From: Coriobacteriales bacterium
GTDB lineage: Bacteria; Actinomycetota; Coriobacteriia; Coriobacteriales; UBA8131
NCBI GenBank assembly: GCA_031555185.1
Contig: JAVBUQ010000044.1
Location: 1-35,501, forward strand
Length of the DNA stretch: 35,501 bases
Direction: 5' to 3'
Shown: positions 25,099-32,543 of the stretch, in pieces
Numbering within the stretch: the stretch's first letter is position 1
Layout of the letters: each line of letters begins with the position of its first letter
Made by a program: the position numbers and the translations under genes
Notes under the pieces: generated by a model
What the model was told of the DNA's origin: nothing
Databases searched by the model: none
Seen by the model: only the letters and a program-made list of their open reading frames with translations

Positions 25099-25665
25099 TT
25101 ATGTGGCGAGCATGAGATCCAAGGCTTCGGTGCGGGTCTTTTGAGAGAGCTCAAAGGCACCCCTAACTGCCGAGGTCATGGTCTTGGTACCGGGCTTTCT
25201 GATCCCTCTCATGCTCATGCAAAGATGCTCGGCTTCTATTACAACGATAACCCCATCCGGCTCCAGGCAATCCACAAGCGTGTTGGCGATCTGACCCGTG
25301 AGTCGCTCCTGAACCTGCAACCGTTGGGCAAAGGTGTCAACGGTCCGTGCAAGTTTTGAAAGTCCACAGATCTTTCCGGATGCGCCGGGGAGATAGGCAA
25401 CATGCGCCTTACCAAAAAACGGGACCATATGATGCTCACACATGGAGTAAAAGGGAATGTCCTTGACCAACACCATCTCTCGATGACCTTCTTCAAAGGT
25501 TACGGCAAAATAGTCGGAAGCATCCTGATCCATACCCTGGAGGATTTCGGCGTACATACGAGCCACCCGGGAAGGAGTATCTTGTAGACCAGGTCTGTCT
25601 ACGTCTTCTCCTACACCCTCAAGGATAAGGCGAACGCCTTGCTCAATCTTAGCGCGATCTATCAT
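25099..25665 (-). CDS. folE: GTP cyclohydrolase I.
   Basis: I place the start at ATG 25663-25665 ([17 protein letters not shown]...), giving 188 aa. The Zn/GTP motifs are [11 protein letters not shown] and [10 protein letters not shown]. The ORF-track start at 25905 would add an 80-aa R/K-rich extension that lies inside ftsH and is rejected. Confidence 0.92.
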   Translation of the reverse strand: MIDRAKIEQGVRLILEGVGEDVDRPGLQDTPSRVARMYAEILQGMDQDASDYFAVTFEEGHREMVLVKDIPFYSMCEHHMVPFFGKAHVAYLPGASGKICGLSKLARTVDTFAQRLQVQERLTGQIANTLVDCLEPDGVIVVIEAEHLCMSMRGIRKPGTKTMTSAVRGAFELSQKTRTEALDLMLAT

Positions 25666-28114
25666 CGGAGTCCTTATTGTTGTGCGAATCCTGTTCATCG
25701 GATGATCCAAGGGGCGCAGGAGTTTGTTCTCCTTGTACCATAGAACCGTCTGTTGACGACGGGCTCTCCTGGGACGAGTTCTCCTGGGACGATTTCTCTT
25801 GGGACGAGTTCTTCTGGCACGAACTCTCTTGAGAGAGAACCTCCTGAGAAGGGCTTTCCTGAGAAGGACTCTCTGCTTGTGCTGCGTGGGGCTGCCCTTT
25901 AGCATCTTCCGCCGATTCTGCGGGGGACTGCGTAGTAGCAGGAGGCAACTCAGCTGAGCCCTCTTCGTGTCCAGGCAACTGATTTTGCGGTTGGTTTTGC
26001 TGAGTATGACTGCCCATCAGGTCTTCCAGGCGCACTCGTCCGGCAAAGACATCTTCCAGGGTATAGCGCTTGCCATCGGCTTTGACGGGCAGTCCGTCGG
26101 GTCCCACAGCTGCATTTCCGCTGCCGCTTACAGGAGCGGCACCTGCGGCTTCCGCCTGTGCCTGTGCGAGCGCTGCCGCCTGAGCCGCCTCAGCCCGCCT
26201 ACGCTCGTCCTCTTCTTCCTGTTTTCGAAGCTCCTCCGCCTTGCGCGCGAGGAACTCGTCTTCATGCTCTATGTAGACATCCCAGGTATTGTCGAGCAGG
26301 GCCTCGAGTGCTTCGCCCTCAATAGTTTCGCGCTCGAGCAAAATGGTCGCCATCAGGTCCATCTGTACGCGACGCTCGTCCAGCACCTTGTAAGCACGAT
26401 CATGGGCCTTGCGCATGATCTTTGAGACCTCCTCGTCGATACGTCGAGCTGTTTCTTCTGAGTAATCCTGAGAGGCGCCGTAGTCGCGACCCAAAAACAC
26501 CTCATGATTGGCTTCGCCATATACTTGCGGTCCCAGCTCTTCGGTCATGCCAAAACGAGTGACCATCTGCCGCGCCATCTTGGTAGCGCGCTCCAGGTCA
26601 TTGGAAGCCCCGGTGGTGATATCGCTGCAGAAGATCTCCTCAGCAACCCGTCCACCTAAGAACACAGCAAGGTCGTCATACATCTCTTCGCGGGAATTAA
26701 GGAAACGATCCTCTCCGGGCAGAGAGAGTGTATACCCCAAGGCCTGTCCCCGGCTTATGATGGATATCTTATGCACAGGATCGGAGTTCTCCAGCATATG
26801 TCCAACCAGGGCATGGCCACTTTCGTGGTAGGCAATGATGCGCTTTTCCTTATCGGTGATAATGCGGCCTTTGCGCTCAGGTCCAGCTATCTCACGCTCC
26901 ATTGCCTCAGAGAGTTCGGTCATGGTTATGAGCTTTTTATTCTTACGAGCGGTGAGCAGGGCTGCCTCATTCATGAGGTTTGCCAGGTCGGCTCCGGTAA
27001 AGCCGGGAGTGAGCTTTGCCAGCGCCTCCAAATCAACGCTGTGTGCCAGAGGTTTACCTTCAGCATGTACGCGCAGGATCTGCTCGCGGCCTTTAAGGTC
27101 AGGACGATCCACCACGATCCGTCGGTCAAATCGGCCGGGACGCAAAAGTGCCGGGTCGAGGATGTCCACACGGTTGGTAGCAGCAATCAGGATGACCGAG
27201 GAGTTCTCCTCAAAACCGTCCATTTCAACCAGCAACTGGTTAAGCGTTTGCTCGCGCTCATCATGTCCACCACCCAGGCCGGCGCCACGCTGGCGCCCTA
27301 CGGCATCAATCTCATCGATAAAGATGATAGAAGGCGCACTTTCCTTGGCTTTTTCAAAAAGGTCTCGCACACGAGAGGCTCCCACGCCTACAAACATCTC
27401 CACAAAGTCCGAGCCGGAGATGGAAAAAAACGGAACGCCTGCCTCGCCGGCTACTGCGCGCGCAAGGAGGGTCTTGCCGGTTCCCGGAGGGCCTACCAGC
27501 AAAACACCGCGAGGGATCTTTGCGCCCATTTCCTGGAAACGAGCCGGACTGGAGAGAAAGTCCTTGACCTCCTGTAGCTCCTCTACCGCTTCATCGATTC
27601 CAGCCACATCTTCAAAACGAGTCTTTGGCCTTTCAGCTATGGCCTTTTTAGCTTTATTCTTGCCAAAGTTCATTTGACTTCTATTGGCTTGGTTGAACTG
27701 AGTGTAGACAAACCAGATCAGCAAACCAAAAAGTAAGATAGGGACTCCATAGCTCAGGATCGTCAACCAGAAATTGGGGTCAGAGACACTGACGTTGTAG
27801 TTGATCTCGGGATGTGACGACATCAAGTCATTGAGGGAGTCTTCGCCCACATAGGTGGCGGTAAAGGCCTGTTGCTCCCCTTCTTCGCTGCCGTTGTCGA
27901 CGGTATAGTAGCCGGTAAGTGAGCCGCTCACGGCATTGTAGGTAACCTCGGTTACCGTGTTATTGTCTACGGCACTCACAAACTCACTGGTGGTAAGCGC
28001 TTCAGGGCGGGTAGCCTCCTGGCCAGCATTGTTAAGCTGGGAGCCAATGAGGAACACCAGTACCACCAAGAGAAGTCCATAAATGATCCATGTTCTGGTC
28101 TTCGGGTTTTTCAC
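25649..28114 (-). CDS. ftsH: ATP-dependent zinc metalloprotease FtsH with a ~200-aa low-complexity C-terminal tail.
   Basis: It has Walker A GPPGTGKT, the SRH region, the HESGHAL zinc site and two N-terminal TM helices. The C-terminal tail is rich in A/Q/E/S with SQE-type pentapeptide repeats. The gene overlaps the folE start by 17 nt. Confidence 0.95.
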   Translation of the reverse strand: MKNPKTRTWIIYGLLLVVLVFLIGSQLNNAGQEATRPEALTTSEFVSAVDNNTVTEVTYNAVSGSLTGYYTVDNGSEEGEQQAFTATYVGEDSLNDLMSSHPEINYNVSVSDPNFWLTILSYGVPILLFGLLIWFVYTQFNQANRSQMNFGKNKAKKAIAERPKTRFEDVAGIDEAVEELQEVKDFLSSPARFQEMGAKIPRGVLLVGPPGTGKTLLARAVAGEAGVPFFSISGSDFVEMFVGVGASRVRDLFEKAKESAPSIIFIDEIDAVGRQRGAGLGGGHDEREQTLNQLLVEMDGFEENSSVILIAATNRVDILDPALLRPGRFDRRIVVDRPDLKGREQILRVHAEGKPLAHSVDLEALAKLTPGFTGADLANLMNEAALLTARKNKKLITMTELSEAMEREIAGPERKGRIITDKEKRIIAYHESGHALVGHMLENSDPVHKISIISRGQALGYTLSLPGEDRFLNSREEMYDDLAVFLGGRVAEEIFCSDITTGASNDLERATKMARQMVTRFGMTEELGPQVYGEANHEVFLGRDYGASQDYSEETARRIDEEVSKIMRKAHDRAYKVLDERRVQMDLMATILLERETIEGEALEALLDNTWDVYIEHEDEFLARKAEELRKQEEEDERRRAEAAQAAALAQAQAEAAGAAPVSGSGNAAVGPDGLPVKADGKRYTLEDVFAGRVRLEDLMGSHTQQNQPQNQLPGHEEGSAELPPATTQSPAESAEDAKGQPHAAQAESPSQESPSQEVLSQESSCQKNSSQEKSSQENSSQESPSSTDGSMVQGEQTPAPLGSSDEQDSHNNKDSDDRSR
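25766..25870 (-). repeat. Seven tandem 15-nt units encoding the (S-Q-E-x-x)n tail of FtsH.
   Basis: The plus-strand units are ctcctgggacgagtt / ctcctgggacgattt / ctcttgggacgagtt / cttctggcacgaact / ctcttgagagagaac / ctcctgagaagggct / ttcctgagaaggact. Confidence 0.85.
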
Positions 28115-28220
28115 TCGTTGTGTCCTTTTCTGTTATGTATGGGGCGTACGGCGTTTACCGCTTTGCTCCACGCTGCCAGGGACGCCTGAGTGTTCTGGCC
28201 TCCCCAGGGCAACGTTTCCA

Positions 28221-28781
28221 TCAGTCATATGCTAGGGGATCAAGGACTCCAATATAGGGAAGATTTCGATAATCCTCATTGTAGTCCAGACCGTATCCCA
28301 CTACGAATTCATCCGGGCAAATAAGGCCTACATACTTGCAATGTACATCAGTTTCCTGCTTACCTTCTTTAAAAAGCAGGGTTGCAACTTCAATAGAAAG
28401 CGGCTTACGGCTCTTGAGGTTTTTGAGGAGATATTTGAGTGTAAGGCCACTGTCAAGAATATCCTCCACAATGATGACGTGACGTCCTTCTACCGCAACA
28501 CTCAGATCCTTGATGATACGAACGACACCAGAGCTCTTGGCGCCATCTCCATAACTCGAAACAGCCATAAAGTCGATTTCTACGTTACCCTCAATGGCGC
28601 GCACCAGGTCGGCCATAAAGATGAAGGCCCCCTTTAGAACTGTTACCAGCAGCAGCTTTTGACCTGCATAGTCTTTCGAGATCTCCGCGCCAATTCGTTT
28701 GACGACCTCATGTAGCTGGGCTTCATCAAAAAGCACATCTTTTATTTCCGGAGGCAGTGCTGCCGCTCCTTTTTCTGGCAT
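28221..28781 (-). CDS. hpt: Hypoxanthine(-guanine) phosphoribosyltransferase.
   Basis: I place the start at ATG 28779-28781 (MPEKGAAALPPEIKDVLFDEAQL...), with a GGGAG RBS about 11 nt upstream. The PRPP loop is VIIVEDILDSGLTL. The ORF-track start at 28880 adds 33 aa with no support. Confidence 0.9.
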   Translation of the reverse strand: MPEKGAAALPPEIKDVLFDEAQLHEVVKRIGAEISKDYAGQKLLLVTVLKGAFIFMADLVRAIEGNVEIDFMAVSSYGDGAKSSGVVRIIKDLSVAVEGRHVIIVEDILDSGLTLKYLLKNLKSRKPLSIEVATLLFKEGKQETDVHCKYVGLICPDEFVVGYGLDYNEDYRNLPYIGVLDPLAYD

Positions 28782-29032
28782 TCTGCTTGAACTCCCTAGG
28801 TCTTTTCCTTTAAAGGCCTCTCGCGCCCGACAGGTTTTGTACACTGCAGGGCGGGGGCAGGCCCCAAGCAAAACGGTCATTTATGAGCCAATAGCCCAAA
28901 CGACTATTGTATCTGTTATTGCTGTATGAGACAGGGGGAGGAGCAAATAAGGTTACAGAAATGTAGTGTGTTTGGGATGTGTTTGTGGCAGGCACGCGCA
29001 ACGGTGGTGTGCAAAAGGCTTCTGGTTTCGCA

Positions 29033-30094
29033 CTACACCCGAGGATCATGTTTTGGCGGTCGGGCCTTTTTGAACTGGACGCTACCGCGCACTGTGCGCA
29101 CCTCTATACCACCGGGAATTTGACAGGCAAAACCGTCGTTACCGCCTTCTTTAACAATAAGCTCGATGTGCTCAAAGGTTACTCGAGCACCGGGCGCAAG
29201 CAGGTTAATTGCTTCGTTACAAGCAAGATACACAGCACGACGCACAAGAGCCCGGGGAGCGGTAAACGAGTCGCGTGAAAGAGGAAGCAACTTCAGAGCC
29301 TCTTCGTTTAACCAGGCGCTTTCATCAGTGAGCACCTCCGCTGTGCGGTTAAGCCCTTCAACAATACGGGGGTTACGTTTGGACAATAGAGGGATGAGTT
29401 CATGGCGCACAAAAGCACGCGAATAATCTGTGTCAAAATTGGTGGTGTCCTCACGCCACAGACATCCGTTGATCAGGAGCTTGTTATGGGAGAGCCAGCT
29501 GCGCAGCTCCTCACGCGTGTAATCCATGAGGGGACGAACTATGCGCCCGTTACAACGGGGAATGGATGCCAGGGAGCCACCTCCTCCCCCAACTATAACC
29601 CGTTGCAGTAAAGTCTCTGCCCGGTCATCAGCAGTATGGGCCGTAAGAATTCGTCCCTGGACAGGGTCAATGCCGTGCTCAGAAGAAAAATCGTCAAGCA
29701 CAGCTTCTGCGCAGGCATAGCGGTATTTTCGACCTGCCTGCTCAGTTCCTTCACCGGTTCTGGCAGCAAGAACAGCCACATCCATGCGCTTGACTATACA
29801 ACCAATGCCAAGGCTTGCGCAAAGGTCAGAAACAAACTGTTCGTCACCGTCCGACTCCTCTCCGCGCAACATATGATTGATATGAAGGACGAGCAGTAGA
29901 GGGGCAGGGGCTTCAGCAGATGAAACACCAGGCTCTACAGGGCCAGAGAGCTCACTGACAAGGCGTAGCAACGCTACAGAATCTGATCCTCCACTTACCA
30001 TAAGCAACAGCGGGCGGTCAGGCTCTAAGAGCCCTAAGTTATAAAAACTATGAGCAACCTTGTTTGTGAGGTCTGTTGGTGTACGAAAAGCCAT
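29033..30094 (-). CDS. tilS: tRNA(Ile)-lysidine synthetase.
   Basis: It has the PP-loop LLMVSGGSDSVALL. I favour the ATG at 30092-30094 (MAFRTPTDL...) because TATAAT lies 6 nt upstream, suggesting a leaderless transcript. The ORF-track start is 30142. Confidence 0.85.
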   Translation of the reverse strand: MAFRTPTDLTNKVAHSFYNLGLLEPDRPLLLMVSGGSDSVALLRLVSELSGPVEPGVSSAEAPAPLLLVLHINHMLRGEESDGDEQFVSDLCASLGIGCIVKRMDVAVLAARTGEGTEQAGRKYRYACAEAVLDDFSSEHGIDPVQGRILTAHTADDRAETLLQRVIVGGGGGSLASIPRCNGRIVRPLMDYTREELRSWLSHNKLLINGCLWREDTTNFDTDYSRAFVRHELIPLLSKRNPRIVEGLNRTAEVLTDESAWLNEEALKLLPLSRDSFTAPRALVRRAVYLACNEAINLLAPGARVTFEHIELIVKEGGNDGFACQIPGGIEVRTVRGSVQFKKARPPKHDPRV

Positions 30095-30310
30095 GGTTTC
30101 ATTATAGAGAAGAAACCGTGTGGGAGAGAGGGCCTGTCGCAAAAGCTGCGTGCTTGATTAATGGGGGCAATCCACCTTTTTAGTATAAGGCGTGTGAACT
30201 TGGCTTACCTATGGTGAGGTGTCACGAAGAGCAGGAGGGGGACTGAGAAATAAGCGTATACAGGCAAAAACAGCTTCTCGATCATGCGGTAGCGCGAAGG
30301 AAACTGGGGC

Positions 30311-30361
30311 AAAATGAAAGGGAGACCTTTGCAACTTGGGGGTGGTCTGCAAAAGTCTCCC
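30311..30361 (-). terminator. Intrinsic terminator inside the long tilS-upstream gap.
   Basis: The minus strand reads gggagacttttgca-gaccacccccaagt-tgcaaaggtctccc, a stem of about 14 bp with one bulge, followed by tttcatttt. Confidence 0.55.
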
Positions 30362-30721
30362 CTCCTCTGAGAGGGTCGTGGCTGATGAGAGGCTTTGATG
30401 GAGGGGGGCCATCAGTATTGGCTTCAACCAGCTAACCCACGATATGGCTTTTAAGACGGCAAAAAGAACCTCCCACAACATTCTATCTGTAATAGTCTAT
30501 TCCCTAGAGCCGTTCGTAACCCCGCAGGTATTCCTACGCGACCTATTATGGCAGCTTTTGGGGGCAATAGTCAACCGTTTGTGCGTTTCTTTTGGTCTGC
30601 GCAACGCAGCCGTTACTAAGGTTGGTTGCAATTCTTACCGCAACACTGCAAGAGTTAATGCAACAGTTGCAGTTTGTCTTGCGAAACCCACCGCTGAGGC
30701 TGCCAGGGTAACCAGAGTCAA

Positions 30722-32254
30722 TCACGCCTGGTTCTGATCACGAGTGGAGCTTCCGCTTGGGCGCAAGGGGTCATCCTGGTCTCCTGAAGCCCCGGGTATC
30801 TCTGAATCTTCATAGCCCTCAAAAAGATCCACCATCTCATTTTTTGAATGCACATCAAGCTTTCTGTATATATTTGAGATGTGCGTCTTTACCGTACCCT
30901 CAGAAAGACCACACTCTGCCTCTATCATAGTGCGTTTTTTTCCTGCAAGCAGAAGCTCAAAGATCTCTGACTCTCGCTTTGAAAGCCGCCACTTCGTCTC
31001 AAAACTGTCCAGTTTTCTTTGTCGTATACGTTGTTGGGCATCCTCTTGTATATGCAAAGAAGACAGATTCCCCAGGATCCGTCCACTGAAGACCATGATT
31101 AATACTGCCACCAACAAAGCATAGATGATGACCATGACAACGGTGCTGGTCATAAAGGGCAGATCTTCTATGTAGTGAAGCCAGGCAAGAGATATCAAGG
31201 CATAGAACGGCCGGGCAATGCTTGCTACAAAGAAGGGAGGAAAATCGGTGTCGCGTATACAGGCAATAACCATCATCCAATACGACAGATGGGCAAAGAG
31301 CTCGATGGCCGTTGTCATCGCGTCAAAGACATAGGGCAACTGATGGTCATCGGTTATAGCCAATACCTGCAGCCCTGCCAGAAGAACGATAAAAGAAATG
31401 AGGCATCTTGTCACCAGAGAAAAGCGTTTTTGCGGCAGGATAAAAACGAGAAACGATAAGAGCAATACTATTAATGAGATGACAATCAGTTCATCCACAG
31501 AGAGCTCGGTCATCCCCGTAAAGTTAGTACGGCTCCTTCCCCATATCCCAATATTGCTTAAAGCTCTGATGAGCACGAGAAGGGATGAGAATATTACTAC
31601 CTGCACAAGGAGAATATTCTTTGAAAGTCCCGCAACTTTTTTCTGAGGTTCTCCAAGTACCGCTGTTGTATCCTGAAGCGACTTGTCTGAAGAAGACCGA
31701 CTTAGTCTTTCACCTGAGAAATAGAGGATAATAACAAGGAGAGGCGCAAGGGTAACGATGATAGCTTGTACGGTTGCCGAAAGATAAAGGCTTACCAGTA
31801 TCGACAATACTGTTTCAAGGATGAGGCTTAATGCAATACAGATGACGACCTGGCTGGTCTGGATTCTCTGGGCAAAGAGGATATAGAAAATCGAAACGAG
31901 AAAAATATAACCTCCTCCCGCCACAAAGACTGCGATGGACGAGAATAGGAAGGGATCCAACAAGGTCTGGTGATATGAAAAGATAAGGGTTGCCGTTGCA
32001 ATGCTCATGGTAACGGCAACTAGTATGGTGAGTGTTGTTTGGATACGGGGGATGAATCGAGCAAAGACAAGGATGACCAGGCCGGTAAAGAATCTCCCCC
32101 ATAAAAAGGCATCTCCGCTGAACGTGCCTTCTCCTGAGGCGGTGTCCACGACAAACAGGTTTACGCTGTAGCCAACGACATCAGTCCAGATTCCTGCAGT
32201 TGTCAACCCAAGGGTAAGCAAGGACAAGGCACAAAACAACCTGCTGGTAAGCAT
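30722..32254 (-). CDS. Polytopic membrane sensor/regulator with a C-terminal LuxR-type helix-turn-helix domain.
   Basis: I place the start at ATG 32252-32254 (MLTSRLFCALSLL...), with a GGGAGAAG RBS about 10 nt upstream. About 10-12 hydrophobic helices are followed by the LuxR/GerE HTH SKRESEIFELLLAGKKRTMIEAECGLSEGTVKTHISNIYRKLDVHSKNEMV. Confidence 0.85.
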   Translation of the reverse strand: MLTSRLFCALSLLTLGLTTAGIWTDVVGYSVNLFVVDTASGEGTFSGDAFLWGRFFTGLVILVFARFIPRIQTTLTILVAVTMSIATATLIFSYHQTLLDPFLFSSIAVFVAGGGYIFLVSIFYILFAQRIQTSQVVICIALSLILETVLSILVSLYLSATVQAIIVTLAPLLVIILYFSGERLSRSSSDKSLQDTTAVLGEPQKKVAGLSKNILLVQVVIFSSLLVLIRALSNIGIWGRSRTNFTGMTELSVDELIVISLIVLLLSFLVFILPQKRFSLVTRCLISFIVLLAGLQVLAITDDHQLPYVFDAMTTAIELFAHLSYWMMVIACIRDTDFPPFFVASIARPFYALISLAWLHYIEDLPFMTSTVVMVIIYALLVAVLIMVFSGRILGNLSSLHIQEDAQQRIRQRKLDSFETKWRLSKRESEIFELLLAGKKRTMIEAECGLSEGTVKTHISNIYRKLDVHSKNEMVDLFEGYEDSEIPGASGDQDDPLRPSGSSTRDQNQA

Positions 32255-32337
32255 ATTCACTTGTCTTCTCCCTAGATGCGTAAAACGATACAAAATATCG
32301 ACAGCGCTATCGATGTGCTATCGTAGACTAAATGTTA

Positions 32338-32388
32338 TCATCCAACAATCATCTTTTACCTCATCCATTCAAAAATTTATATCATCCA
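32338..32388. promoter_or_regulatory. Three phased TCATCCA heptamers in the divergent regulator/reductase intergenic region, a candidate operator.
   Basis: TCATCCA occurs at 32338-32344, 32361-32367 and 32382-32388, with spacings of 23 and 21 nt. CTATCG/CGATAG motifs also cluster at 32308-32323, 32430-32437 and 32460-32466. Confidence 0.3.
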
Positions 32389-32543
32389 AAAAGAGCTGGT
32401 AGGCTTTTCTCAAAAGACGATGATCTAACCGATAGCAATATCGTCACACAGATGCTTAACTATCGAGAGTTTGGTTGGGAGGCAGCCAGAGGCTGCCGTG
32501 CGCATTGGAGCGCCAGACCCACAACACCTAACGGAGATGGGAG

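Noticed and set aside
25666-25905. The 80-aa N-terminal extension of folE in the ORF track (start 25905).
   Set aside because: It lies entirely inside the ftsH tail repeat and translates to R/K/P-rich repeats. The canonical FolE N-terminus begins at the ATG at 25663-25665.
26508-27677. Long plus-strand ORFs antisense to ftsH (26508..26831, 26771..27577, 26835..27677; up to 280 aa).
   Set aside because: They sit opposite the most conserved part of FtsH (the AAA+ and protease domains). Their composition is S/R/A-rich with no RBS, which is typical of antisense open frames.
28782-28880. The upstream extension of hpt, and similar extensions of the tilS (30095..30142), LuxR (32255..32293) and folK (24240..24323) ORFs.
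   Set aside because: The extensions lack an RBS, begin at weak or alternative codons, or lie inside the upstream gene. Internal ATGs with an SD or leaderless promoter geometry fit the conserved N-termini better.
30209-30737. ORFs 30209..30481 (-) and 30444..30737 (+) in the tilS-upstream gap.
   Set aside because: They have no RBS and no recognisable domains, and they overlap each other and the terminator hairpin. I treat the region as non-coding pending RNA evidence.
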